This document shows, piece after piece, positions 1-12,030 of a stretch of DNA of 64,000 nucleotides. The position numbers and the translations under genes were made by a program. The notes beneath the pieces are model-generated. The model did not search any database and was not told where the DNA came from. It saw only the letters and a list, made by a program, of their open reading frames with translations. Position 1 is the stretch's first letter, and every line of letters begins with the position of its first letter. Source of the DNA: Lama glama (Eukaryota); assembly GCA_028534125.1 (NCBI GenBank), contig CM052817.1, positions 25,422,001 to 25,486,000 on the forward strand, in the 5' to 3' direction.

Positions 1-440
1 TGGAGTTTAAATTATTTGTTTTACATTTTAAAAAATAATGTTTGAGCCAAAGAAAGTATGTCTACAGGCAGATTTAGCCTTAAAGCCACCATTTTGTGAC
101 CTCTGACATTAACGAATCTATAATTTGTATGTGTGAGTTTTCATTTTTCTGTGTTTATCCTCTATACTCCTTCCTCAATTAAATATCCTAGGGGTAACAG
201 AAATCTGCAGAAGGTACTTGATTAAGGTCAATTGACCAAGGAAGGTTTATTAAGGAACAGACACCAATGGAACTTTTCTGAAAGAAAACAATAAGTAAAT
301 TAGTGTCACCCAAGTTTAGTGCCCTCTTTCAGTTCAGGTCAACAATCCAAGCCCTGGGGATACAAATATGAACAAGATGTAGCCCTTGATCTTAAGGGAT
401 GTACAGACAACTGTAATGTTTTCAAAATATATTCCATATT

Positions 441-590
441 GGGGGGGGGCTAGGTAGAGCTCAGTGGTAGAGTGCATGCTTAGCATGCACAGGGTCCTGG
501 GTTCAATTCCTCAGTACCTCCATAAACAAACAAACAAACAAACAAACAAACCTAATTACCTCCCCACCAAAAAACAAACAAACTAAAAAA
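441..590 (+). mobile_element. tRNA-Ala(AGC)-derived SINE, Vic-1-like (camelid)
   Basis: G-rich start, A-box-like GAGCTCAGTGGTAGAG, anticodon arm GTGCATGC-TTA-GCATGCAC (472-490), B-box GGGTTCAATTCC, then (AAAC)n and A-rich tail. Family name from recall. Confidence 0.8.
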
Positions 591-639
591 GTGGACACCA
601 ATTATCGATATAGCATGTGATTCTATACCCAATGTATAG

Positions 640-715
640 AAGAGAAACTGAGGTTAAGTGACCAGTCCAAGGTCACTCCACTAGTTCGTGGCATTGTAAC
701 AAAAATCCAGTTCTG
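640..715. mobile_element. MIR SINE fragment
   Basis: GAAACTGAGG..TTAAGTGACC..CCAAGGTCAC..CTAGT resembles the MIR core. Confidence 0.55.
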
Positions 716-1571
716 CTGCACTCTAATATTCGCGCATAAGACGCCTATTTCCCAGTGCCTGTGATACTGGGGAAATCAGGCTCAGGAAGAGGGTTGATAT
801 CCAGTGTGTTAGAAGGAGGCACTGATAGCACCACGGAAGGCAGGCTTTGAAAAAGCACCTGTGAATAATTAGGGAGATTTTTTTTTCTTATTAGTTATAA
901 TTTTCCATCTACCAAAAAGAATTTGAAACTACTTTCAACAAAGCATAATGCCATATATATATTTTTTAAAGTTTAAAAGGACAAAGTAATGAAGGGAAAC
1001 AGAGATTAAATTCCCGTTTCAGAAAGTTGAGGGTAAGAATAGGTAGCACAAGTGGGCATAAATCTAAGCTCTGATCTTCCTAAGAGACAAGAATGGGGAA
1101 GTGACAATGTTCTTGTTTATCAAAAGAGGCAGACTAATTTTAATTTTAGCATATATTATCACCATTTGTTCTGATTTCTGAATTACAGGAATGCAGAAAA
1201 ATTTAGGAAAAATCAGTATTCTTATGGAAAACATTGATTTGAAAGCACAGCATTTTACAAAAACAAACAAACGAAAGGAGTGAAGAAAAGAGTGAATTAG
1301 TTACATTGTAAAGTCTGTGGGTTGATCAGAAGATTTGGAAAATTTGTAACAACATCCTCACTCGCACACACATGACACACGTGGTTTGGCCGGTTCTGCA
1401 AAGGAAAGTAGAGCTTTGGCACCCAGTTGAGGGCTGTGCAGCAGAGTATTGGAACTGGAATTTAGAAAGCGGGGGAGGATGAGCAAAAAGTTGCCCTCTT
1501 CATAAACAGCACACATTTCAAGTTCCTGACTGGGTGAAATATAGTCAAAATGGCGCATCAAACACGAGATG

Positions 1572-1631
1572 CACAACATTGTAAAATGACTATAACTCAA
1601 TTAAAAAAAAGTTTATATAAAAAAAGAAACG
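1572..1631 (+). mobile_element. Ultra-short L1 3'-end insertion
   Basis: CACAACATTGTAAAATGACTATAACTCAATT + A-tail, flanked by direct repeat CACGAGATG (1563-1571 / 1632-1640). Confidence 0.65.
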
Positions 1632-2269
1632 CACGAGATGACATTCACCAGCTATGAGGATATTTCATCATTCATTCACTCTTCAACAAATAGCTACAGA
1701 GTGTCCGCAGAGTGGGCATGCAATCACTGTCCTGCGGGATGGAGGCAGAGCAGCCAACAAAACAGACAAAAATGCCTGCCTTCGCCCAGCTCTCTTGAGG
1801 CAAAGCCCAGTGTGTTGCACAAAGTAAAGAGGGATGTATACCTTGTTGATGAGAGAGCTGGGGTTCCCACAGTCACACTGTTGTCCAAATCAGTCATCTA
1901 AAAAGGCAACAGCCCTGTGTTACTGCAGATTGTGAAACAGATGCTTGGCTTTGGTCACACAACTGTCTAGAGCGTAGGAGCAGTTAGGAAGGGAGGTGCA
2001 AACACCGATTCTAACCACCGCGAAACAGGGGTTAAGCCTAGGTCCCACCTATTGAAGCTCGCAGTGGACGCTGGGTGGGCCACCCCTCCCGCTGCAGAAG
2101 TCGCCAACAAGCACTTCCTCTAGTCTGGTGAACTGGGTCCTCTCCTGTTCTAAAAATGGCTTGAAGCAGCAGCTGGAAGAAGGCGGGGCCAGGTGGGGGG
2201 CAAGGACTACAGCAGCCATAGGAGCTGTTAGATAAGGTAAAAAAGTAAAGGGGCTTTTTAAAGACCATG

Positions 2270-2440
2270 CATGCATTTACTCAACTAATATTTATTAAAT
2301 CCTTCCTGCATATACACTGAGCTCAGTACTGGGGAAAGCGGGATGGGAAGCAGAGACAGAGTTCCTGCCCTCATGTCGCTTACCTTCTAGAAAAAGAATC
2401 AGACATTGAACAACTAATTAATTAGTTAAAAGTAGAACAA
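2270..2440 (-). mobile_element. L2 3'-end fragment
   Basis: CATTTACTCAACTAATATTTATT..CCTGCCCTCATG..CTTACCTTCTAG is typical of the L2 tail in reverse orientation. Confidence 0.55.
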
Positions 2441-2482
2441 CTGCTAGGAAGAACTACTGGAGTCTATAAGTCTATATTTCTT

Positions 2483-2606
2483 TTTTTATTTTTATTTTTT
2501 ATTGAAGTACAGTCAATTACAATGTATCAATTTCTGGTGTACAGCACAATGTCCCAGTCATACATATATACACATATATTCATTTTCATATTTTTTATGG
2601 ACTCTG
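2483..2606 (-). mobile_element. Short L1 3'-end insertion
   Basis: Poly-T then ATTGAAGTACAGTCAATTACAATGTATCAATTTCTGGTGTACAGCACAATGTCCCAGTCA; the reverse complement is close to 38335-38428. Candidate TSD ATATTTCTT at 2474-2482 / 2607-2615. Confidence 0.75.
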
Positions 2607-3314
2607 ATATTTCTTAAAACCTCACTAAACACTGACAGCAATGTCATATGGCTCTAGATGCTTCTCAGAGAGCAAGCCTGGTCAGATTGTAATACAACAA
2701 ATATGTTAACTGATTGCCTCATTTCTGAATTTAAAATGCTGAATGGAAAACCAATCACGCCAAATATACCTATAAGATTTTAAAATAAACACAATTGCAT
2801 TACACACAACAGCAGAAGGACACCAGACTAAAATGTTCATTTCTTGGTTTGGCCATGGGCAAAGTCACAACCTCTCTGGGTCTTAGTTCTGAAGGGAAAG
2901 ACACAAATACTGAAGTCTCCAAAATCTTTGATTTAATAAAATAATTAAACTTAAAAAAAAACTACTGGCTCATAATTCATATATAACCTTAAAATAAGAG
3001 GGAGACATCTCAGAATAAGAATGTATCACTTAAACTGAATGCACTTAACCTGATTCTTTTTAAAAGATGTGTACCATTGCTCATATTTTTCTCATTTCAC
3101 CTTGGAGTGTGAAAACTTGCCCTCGTCTACTGACTGGATTGAAAACAAGTTCTCTAGATAACTCCTAAATCCTTTCCAGTTAGAAAATGCTGTGGTTTTA
3201 TGATTCTAAATTTCAATTTAAGCTCTGTGTAAAAAAGTAATTTGCAAGAAATTTAAAAATTCAGTCTCTCATATTTCTTTGAGGATCTCATCAAAGGGGT
3301 GTGGGCATTTTACC

Positions 3315-3845
3315 ATCCAACAGCCATTTAGTGGGGGCCTCCTGTGACCAGACACTGGTCAATGGGGACACAGTGACACAAAGCAAAGCTTCTGGCCTCA
3401 GGGTGTTCGCACCTAGAGGAAACAGATACTAAAATAAAGAGGCAGTGGGTCAGTGGGTATAAGATGGGAGGTATGCCGCGGGACATGGGGCTTCTAGCAG
3501 CACCCTGCACTGCTGGGGAGTAGGGGTGGAGAAGGCTAGTGGGCCAGATCTTCTGGAGAAGGTGACGTTTAATCTGAGTCTTGATGGATAGGACAAATGT
3601 TAAGCAGCTGAGGATGACGTTGCAGGCAAATGAACAACCTGGGAAAGTGAACATGTATCAGAAACCACAGAGAATCCCAGGAACTCCATGCCCTGGTGAG
3701 TTCCAGTTGAGGGCAGAGACTATGAGTTGGAGGACAGCTGAAGACATTGTGGAGGCAGGCAAGGGGCCAAATCAAGGAGAACCTGCAGTGCTAAGTTAAG
3801 GAGTGTGGACTTGTTCCCCAGCACAATGGGGTGTCACTGAAATAT
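3315..3845 (-). mobile_element. L2 fragment
   Basis: Degenerate L2-like text (GAAGGTGACGTTTAATCTGAGTCTTGATGGAT..TTAAGGAGTGTGGACTTG). Confidence 0.5.
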
Positions 3846-4074
3846 CCCTCCCTTGACGGCTCCCCAGCCCCAGCCACACTGGGGCTACTAACTCGTAGTT
3901 TGGGCACACTTCTTAGAAATATTTGTATACATATCACAGAGATTGCTGACAAACCACTCAACTGCTTCTTTATTTATATTTTGGTTCACAGAAACATTCA
4001 AAAACCTTATACGTACAAGCTTTAACCTATTTATTTGAAACTATGAAAAAGCCATTGACTTCAATTTTATCTCA

Positions 4075-4750
4075 TAAATATTTCTCTAATCTACCCATGA
4101 CTTTTCATTTCCACTCCAACCCTCTCGCTCTCACCACTGCAGCACTTTCCCAACTTGCCTCCCCTTATCCTGCCATCCTTTCTAATCCCCTGTCAGCATG
4201 TTAGCCTGTACCATCTTTTCATTTCAGCATTCCCCAGTTTACCACCTGCTCACAGCTCCACTTTTCTCTTGGGCTGAAAAGCCAACCCCTTGACGTCTGT
4301 ACCCACCTGGATCTACCTGGTCCACTCATCTACCTCTTCTCCTGTGCTAAGCCCCTCCTCCCTCCCTCGGGCTCTGGGGCCTCTCCTGGAAGATGCAGGC
4401 ACTCTCTTTTCCATCTGTGACCTTTGTTACTCTGTTTCTTCTGCTGGAAAGCCCTCTCTCCCACTCCTCTCTCACTGAACTTCTACTCAGCTTAAAAATA
4501 ACTTCCCTGATCTCCCAGGCCAAGCAAGTCATGTGCTGCTGTTTCATGCTTTCATAGCACCCTTTACTTTTTTTCTTAGCACTTACCCCAAATTGGCAAT
4601 TATGTAGTTCATTAACATCTGCTTCCCTCTGGCAGGTGAGCTCCAAAAAGACAGAAATAGGATCTGTTCTATTCTTCTCTGAAATCCCAGTGCTCAGAGC
4701 AGGGCTGACAACAGAGCGAGTGATCAATAAACACTATTGAAGGGAGGGAG
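4075..4750 (+). mobile_element. L2 fragment with 3' end
   Basis: Pyrimidine-rich L2 body ending ..GAGCTCC..CCCAGTGCTCAGAGCAGGGCTG..TCAATAAA. Confidence 0.55.
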
Positions 4751-5873
4751 GAACAGGATGCTATTATGGTCCCTTGTAGGCTTTTATTTTCCTATACATT
4801 TTCCTTCAGATCTGAGCAGATACTAATTCTGTCCTGGATACAGAAATTGGCTCTTTTAGGTCTTTCCCATTGTTTATCAGGGACCAACTGTGTAGGTACC
4901 AGGCACTTTTCCAGAAGCCGGGGGCGAGGGGCATGGGGAATATCACAGTGAACAAAATAGACCAAATCCCTGCCTTCCTGAGCTTACGTTCTAGGAGGAA
5001 GAAACAGATAGTAAACATAATAGACAAGGAAATTATATAGTATATTTAGAAGGTGAAAAATGTGAAGAAAAATAAAGGCGGGTGAATTGGATCGGAAGAG
5101 AAGGAGAAGGGGGAGCTAGCACCGATTCACTGTGTGTTTAAAAAAATAGGTTGCGGAGACCAAAATAGAGGGGGTGTGAGTATTTTCATGAAGATTAAAA
5201 TACATTTGAGAAACACAAGGGAAACAGGTACAGCTGCAGATCAACCGGGTACCGTATTCGCCTAGGAAAGCCGTATGGAGGGCGTGGCCGCCAGACAGCA
5301 GCAACTCCTCTCACCCTTAGGGCTTCGCTGTCTTCGTCAAGAACTTCATACGTTTAAATGTTACTCCTTTCCTCCGAACCCTCTCCTCCTCCCTGGCAAA
5401 GTTGGTGGGTCTGTCTTCCACGTTCCTACGACCTTTTGGTCATCCCTACACTATACCACCCATCTCTCTCTCTCCCGCAATGATTTGTCCACGCAGGCGT
5501 CAGCCCACCTCCAACATCTGAGCTCCTTAAGAACGTGGACCATGTCCCGGCGCCCAGGATCTGACTATTTCCAGCACTTGGTAATATGAAAGGTAATCCA
5601 AATATCTGATAAATGACAGAATGAAAGAATGGATAATGAATGAAAGAGCAGAAAGAGAGTTGGAATGAGTGTGGCTATGGCAATCAGAATGGATCTCGTC
5701 CCACACCTGGGTTCTCCAGAGATTCTCCAAATTTGAGTATGCTAACCTTTAGCACTTTTGGATCCAGGAATACTGGAATGGTCAGATAAGTTACTCTCTA
5801 CAGCGAATCAAAATGCTTGAGTAGGGGCTCATACGTGGGTTACAAAATCTATTTAATAGACCTGAAAAGCATT

Positions 5874-5912
5874 CTTCTTTTCATTGAAGTAGAGTTGATT
5901 TACAATGCCGTG
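5874..5912 (-). mobile_element. 39-nt L1 3'-end insertion with perfect 12-bp TSD
   Basis: TTTTCATTGAAGTAGAGTTGATTTACAATG flanked by CTGAAAAGCATT at 5862-5873 and 5913-5924. Confidence 0.75.
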
Positions 5913-6699
5913 CTGAAAAGCATTTTTTTTAATTAACTAGAATACATGATAAAATAACAGAGTGCCTCAAAATAAGTAAAGTTAACTGGTTTTGTGACAT
6001 GTGGCCCAATTTTCCTGGAACAGCCTGGTTTATTCCTGTTGGCTCAGCACAGTTACTTCCAAAAGTAACTTTCCTAGTCTGTAAAATAAACTAGGTGATC
6101 ATTTTTATTATATATACGTATGTGTAGCATGTCTACTGGTCTTCAAAGTAACGTTATTTCTTACTGTGGACTGTGGTCAAAAAATTTTGAAAAAGGCTTT
6201 TCTGGAAAGGAAGCATCATGGAGGAGAAAAAGCAATGGAGATGCAGAGACAAGAAGAGATCAGGATGCCTTCCTGATCCTCAGACTATCCCGTGCGGGAA
6301 GCAGAACCATTCCATTTTACAAATCTGAGAAGTAAAGCCCTCAGGGCTTAAAGAGCTCGCCCAGGTTCAGATGCCATCAAGTCGTAGTGCCAGCATTGAA
6401 GTCCAGTTCTACAGGGGGTAAAGAAAAGGCATTTTGTTCTACACGTGAGGAAAAGTATTTTTCCACTTCTTGGAGATGGCAGCATCTGTAGCCATGCACA
6501 AATTCAGGAGGGACTCACAGCACATCTCCCACTCTAGTATTACAAGTTCTACAATTTAATAGACATACTTTAATTTCAGAACTATTTTGCATTTGAAACT
6601 CCTTAATATTTTGGCTCAGACGGTGATTCTTAATTATGGACTGAAAAAGCAGATGAATGTTCAGGATGAAATAAGCCTTGCTAGGCAAAAGCACAGAAA

Positions 6700-6960
6700 T
6701 GAGCAGTTCTGGGTAGAGTGTACATTAGCAAAGAGGGCAGGATCTGGAGACAGACCGCACAGGTCCACATCTTAATAGCCATGGGATTGTGGGCAGCTTT
6801 TCAGTTTCTCTGTGCTTTAGTTTACTTATTTATAAATGCCTACAATCATGGTACCTACTTCAAAGGGTTCTTGCAAAAATTAAACGAGAGAATTTACATA
6901 CAACTTTGAACATGCTTCCTGGAATGTGGTCAATGCTCAGAAACTTCAGCTGCTATAAAT
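6700..6960. mobile_element. MIR SINE
   Basis: ..TCTCTGTGCTTTAGTTTACTTATTTATAAATG..GTACCTACTTCAAAGGGTT..AATTAAACGAGA.. matches the MIR layout. Confidence 0.6.
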
Positions 6961-9231
6961 AAGAATGGAAATCAAGACTATTGGAGCTCATGATGTTCCC
7001 TTTTTATCTTTACTTCCCATTGACATACACCCCCACCTTCAGTGGTATTCCTCTAGACTTTTTTACATTCCTGAAAAAATCCCTACCTCTTTGGTCATGA
7101 TGCATTATTTCTTTAAGAGATTGCTAGGCTCAATTTGCTAGTATTTTGCTGAGGATTTTTGTGGCTTTTTTTTTTTTTCATGAGGCATGTTGGTCTCTAC
7201 TTATTTTTCTTCTTTTCTCTCTTGTAATGTTACCATGAGATTTTCATATCAAGGTGATGCTGGCCTCTTGAAATGAGTTGGGAAGTATTCCATCCTCCTA
7301 TTTTCTGAAAGAGTTTGTGACACATTGGTTTCTATCTTAAACATTTGATAGAATTCACAAGGGAAGCCATGTGGGCCTAAAGTTTTCTTTGTGAGAAAAT
7401 TTTAATTTACACATTTAATTTCTTTACTAGATGTAGGGCTATTCAGGTTTTCTACTTCTTCTTCAGTCATATTTGGTAAATTCTGTCTTCTAAGGATATT
7501 GCCCATTCAGCTAAGTTGTTGAATTTATCTCCATATTATCATTCATATATTCATTTTATTATCATATATTATCATTATCATCATCTGTAGCATCTGTAAC
7601 ACATCTCACTTTCATTCCTGAAATTGACAATTTGTGTCTTCTTCTTTTTTTTTCTTTTAATGAGTCTAATTAGAGGTTTATACATTTCATTGAAAGTTTC
7701 CAACCAGTGTTTGGCTTTATTGACTTTAGTATTTTTGTTTTATATGTCATTAATTTCGGCTTATATCTTTATTTTCTCTCGTCTGTTTTCTTCAGGTTTA
7801 ATTTATTCTTCTTTCCTTTCTTTTTAAGGTATAATCTTAGATTATTGATTTTAGATCTCTTTTGAATTAATTGAGTTTTAATATTCCATTTATATATAGC
7901 ACAGTTCTTAATTTTATTAAACTTAGTGATTGCTGTATACGTTACAATGTGTTTTTACTCATGATACGGGTTCAAATAATATTATACCACTTCATGTATT
8001 ATATAAAACTCTTAGAACTGTAGACTGTCATCTCCCCAACCCTGCCCTTCAAACTGTTGTTATGCATTTTATTTCTACATATCTGATAAATCTCAAAAAT
8101 ATATTATAATTTTTTTCTTTATGCATTGGAATTCCTTTTAAAAGAAATTTTTGAAGAAACAAAATCTTGTTTATTTGTGCACATGTTTAGCATTTTTGGC
8201 ACATTGTACTCCCAAGTTTGCATCTGGCATCATTTTGCTTTAGCCTGAAAAATTTTCTTTAACACTTCTTGTAGTATATATCTGCTGGCAACAAATCCCC
8301 TCAAGTTTTATTTGTCTGATAAAGTTTTTATTTCACTTTTGTTTTTGAAGGACATTTTCATTGGATATGGAATTCTAAGTTGACTTTTTACTTTCAGCCC
8401 TCTAAAGATGTCATTTCATTGTCTTCTGGCAAAGTTTCTGAGGTGAAGTCTATTCTTACGTCTGTTCTGTGTGTAATGTGTATTTTTCTCTAACTGCCTT
8501 TAAGGTTGTCTTCAACACTGGTTTTCAGCAACTTGACTATTCTGTACCTTAATTTCTTATTTTTTTAATGAGCTTTTAAGCTTTTGTATTTATGAAATAT
8601 AGTTTTCATCAAATCTTAAAGTGTTTCAGCCATTATTTTTTCCAGTATTTTTTTCTGTCCCACCTTTCTTTCCCCGTTTATGGTAGATCATTTTATATTA
8701 TCCCACAGATCACTGAGCCTCTTTTCCTTTATTTTTTTCAGTCTTTTTTTCTCTGTGGTTCATCTTGGATCAAGTCAATTGCTATGTTTACAGGTTTACT
8801 AATCTTTTCTTCTTCAGTGTCTAACCTGCTGCTAATCCTATCTTGTAAAATCTTCAGTTCAGATATTAAATTTTTCACCTCTAGATGCTTCATTTGGTTC
8901 TTTTTTATTTTTTTCTTCTGATTCTTTTAATGTTTTCCTTTAAATATTTATTTATAATAATAAAGTATTTTAACACCCTTGTCTGCTAATTCTATTATCT
9001 TGTCATTTCTAGGTCTGTTCCTCTTAACTACTTATTCTCCTTGTTATGTATATTTTTTGCCCACTTTTTGTCATGTCTAGTAATTTTTTATTCAATGCTG
9101 ACAATTGTCTGCATTGTGTTGTCTTCTTTTAAAGAGTATTGGACTTTGTTTTGGTGAGTGGTAAAGTTAATTGCTCATCAGTTTGATTTCTTCAAGACCT
9201 GTTTTTAAACTTAACTAGAGAGAGGCTGGAG

Positions 9232-9706
9232 TTGTGCTATCCAATGTGGTAATCAATCACTATGTAGCTATTGAAATATGACTAATCTGAATTAAGATGT
9301 GCTGTAGGTATAAAATACACAACAGATTTTGAAGATTTAACATGATGTTCTCATTAATAACTTTTATATTGATTACATGTTGAATTGATAATATTTGGGA
9401 TATATTGGGTCAAGTAGAAGTATATTATTGAAATTAATTTTACCTTTTTTTTTACTTTTTTACTGTGGTTAACAGACATCTAAAATTACATATATGGCTT
9501 GCATTATACTTCTTTTTTTTTAATTGAAGTTTAGTTGATTTACAATGTTGTGTTAGTTTCTGATGTACAGCATAATGATTCAGTTATACATAAATATATA
9601 TATTCTTTTTCATATTTTCATTCATTACAGGTTAATATTGAATGTTGTTCCCTGTGTTATACAGTAGGAAATATACATTGCATTATATTTCTACTGGTCA
9701 GTGCTG
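9232..9706. mobile_element. MER33-like hAT-Charlie MITE, split by an L1 tail
   Basis: Termini TGTGCTATCCAAT.. / ..CTGGTCAGTGCTG; internal GATGTGCTGTAGGTATAAAATACAC and TATATTGATTACATGTTGAA match the recalled MER33 consensus. Confidence 0.75.
9514..9677 (-). mobile_element. Short L1 3'-end insertion inside MER33
   Basis: Poly-T + ATTGAAGTTTAGTTGATTTACAATGTTGTGTTAGTTTCTGATGTACAGCA. TSD TTGCATTATA(C/T)TTCT at 9499-9513 / 9678-9692. Confidence 0.8.
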
Positions 9707-9714
9707 GTCTAGAG

Positions 9715-9920
9715 CAGAGGTCAAACTACAGCCTTCATTGGCCACCTGTTTTTGTTAGTAAAATTTTATTGAAGCACAGCCACACCCATTCAATTATGTA
9801 TTGTCTATGGCTGCCTTCACACTATAATGACAAAACTGAGTAGTTATGGTAGAGGCCATATGACCCATAAGCCAAAGATATTTGCTCTCTGTAAATTTAA
9901 GAAAATGTTTCCAATCCCTT
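9715..9920. mobile_element. MER58A-like hAT-Charlie MITE
   Basis: CAGAGGTCAAACTAC..GCCACCTGTTTTTGT..AAAATTTTATTGAAGCACAGCCACACCCATT..; 8-bp TSD GTCTAGAG at 9707-9714 / 9921-9928. Confidence 0.8.
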
Positions 9921-11704
9921 GTCTAGAGGATCTTTCACTACAGGGTAGTTCAGACTCATTACTAGTGTATGATTACTTCAGGGTCTCCATTGAATGTTCC
10001 AAGGATGAACAGGGACTCACCTTCTTGGCTAGTCAACTCCAAACATTTTCTCACTTCATGTGTGCCCTGGGATTTATTTAGCTTACAACTCACCAGTCTT
10101 TTCTGCCCAGCCTTGTGGACTATCATTCTATACATTTGTGTCATGGCATTTCAGCTGAAACACAAGAGATCCTTATATTACTCAGTTCTGGGGCTCTTTC
10201 TGCACAGCTCTGTCCTTCCCAGAATTCTGCCCCACTACTTCTAGCCACCTCGGCCTCCCCAAACTCCAACCTCCATCTCATCAACTCAGCAAGGCTGCCA
10301 GGATCTGTTTAGATCTGCAGTCTAGAAATTGTTTCCAGGCAGAAAGCCAGGGCAATTATCAAGCTCACTTTGTTTCTCTTCTCTCAAGGATCACAGTCCT
10401 ATGCAGACTGTTGTCCAACATCTGAAAGCCATTGTTTCATATTTTATCCAACTTTCTAATTATTTATAGTGGGCAGTTAAGTCTGGTCCTTGTTACTCCA
10501 CCATGCTCGAAGGGGAAATCCCCTCTACTTATCCTTTCTTGATAGGTAGAATTTTCTAGATAGTGTACCCTAGCTCTTCAGACTTTCCAAAGGACATTTG
10601 TTAGATTTAACTGACTTGTACAGAAATAGAGGGGTAAGTGTGAAGCCTTTCCTGGTAGGTTTGCTTAAGTAGTTTCATGATAACTATACTGTTGCTGACC
10701 TGGATTTCTCATGCCCGGTTTATGACAGAAAGGACAGAGATGACTTTATAAAGACCCTGAAAGCAGGTTAACCTTGGGCTGTGCATTTCTGAATTCATTT
10801 CTGCATTTGTATAAGAGGTAAAACAAACACATTAAAGAGGATGTGCCTCTTTTAAAAGTTTAGGAAGTGATTACCACGAGTTCCAGATGCTATAAACAAA
10901 TAGAACTGACCACCTCCAGGAGTTACAGTTAAAAGAAAGAACTGATCCAAAATACAGATAGGTGATAGATGCAGACAGATATACAGATGAAAAAAGAGGT
11001 TTGTTTTATATTAGCCGCATTTCTTTATTAAGGGATGAAATTACATCCTCAGCTGCATACCTCCCATCTTACACCACTTGCTGTGCCCCACTGCCTCTTT
11101 ATTTTAGTATCTGTTTCCTCTAGGTGCGAACACCCTGAGGACAGAAGCTTTGCTTTGTGTCACTGTGTTGACTACACACACAAAACTCATGAATTTTCTT
11201 GTACTTGATTAGAAAAAATTTCAGAAAAATGTGGGGAAAGAATCCATTTGTTGAAAATAGGATGAGAAATGATAGTTTAGTCAAAGGGGAAGGAAGTGAC
11301 AGAAAGGACTGGGAAGGGTATAATACTGACAATGTGGATCAAAAACAGGAGAGTCAAGAATCAGAAGTGGGGGCGTGGGTAGGTTAAAGCAGTCAAAGGA
11401 GAAAAAGGTAGAGAGAGAGAAGATGGAAAAGTAAAGGATCGGGGGTACAGTAGTGCCAGGGGTCACGGTAGACAGATGTTCAGTGAAGGCTGGATGGATG
11501 AATGATAAATTGATGAATGAATGGATGGATGGATGGTCAGAAGACTATAATAGAAAAGGATAAATGTGATGGCTGAGGGTGAGAATTCGATCTAGTTGCA
11601 GACAAAGAAGGAATAATGGAGGTACAGGGAATTGTAGGGATGGGTTTTGCAGGATGGGAATTTGCAACTATTTTAAGTACAAATAAGTTTTCCTCTAAAG
11701 AAAT

Positions 11705-12030
11705 CATGTTTAAACCTCAGATTAAAGGTCACTTTCTTAAAGAAGTCTTTTCTGATGATCAATCTAAATTATTTCACCTGTTTCTCCTCTCATGACACTC
11801 TTTTTCCCTTTGTAAAACCTATCACAGTTTATAAACAAAAATTTTTGATGATTATTTGTTTAATGCCTGTTCTCCCACTAGACTATAGGCTCCCTGAGGG
11901 GAAAAACTATGCCTCTTTTCACTAACCATTGTGTCTTTAGGGCCCAGCATAAAGCCTGGCACATGTTAAGCTGCCAATAAATATTTGTTGATTAAATGCA
12001 CAAATAAGTGCATGAATCTATGAATGAATG
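11705..12030 (+). mobile_element. L2 3'-end fragment
   Basis: ..CCCACTAGACTATAGGCTCCCTGAGGG..GCCTGGCACATG..CAATAAATATTTGTTGA..TGAATGAATGA. Confidence 0.65.

Larger units (their letters stand above)
7085..10520 (-). mobile_element. Old, decayed L1 (L1M-type) with ORF2, ORF1 and 5' remnants, interrupted by younger elements
   Basis: T-rich antisense L1 text (TTTGCTAGTATTTTGCTGAGGATTTTTG; GCTGGCCTCTTGAAATGAGTTGGGAAGTATTCC; TTTTTGAAGGACATTTTCATTGGATATGGAATTCTAAGTTGAC). No intact ORF. Confidence 0.75.

Noticed and set aside
444..522. tRNA-Ala gene
   Set aside because: Degenerate acceptor/D arms and a SINE-type tail; treated as a SINE.
823..843. REST/NRSE-like AGCACCACGGA
   Set aside because: Only 11 central bases match; the conserved TCAG and GGACAG positions are broken.
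8592..8921. 109-aa hydrophobic ORF resembling a membrane protein
   Set aside because: T-rich antisense strand of a decayed L1; compositional artefact.
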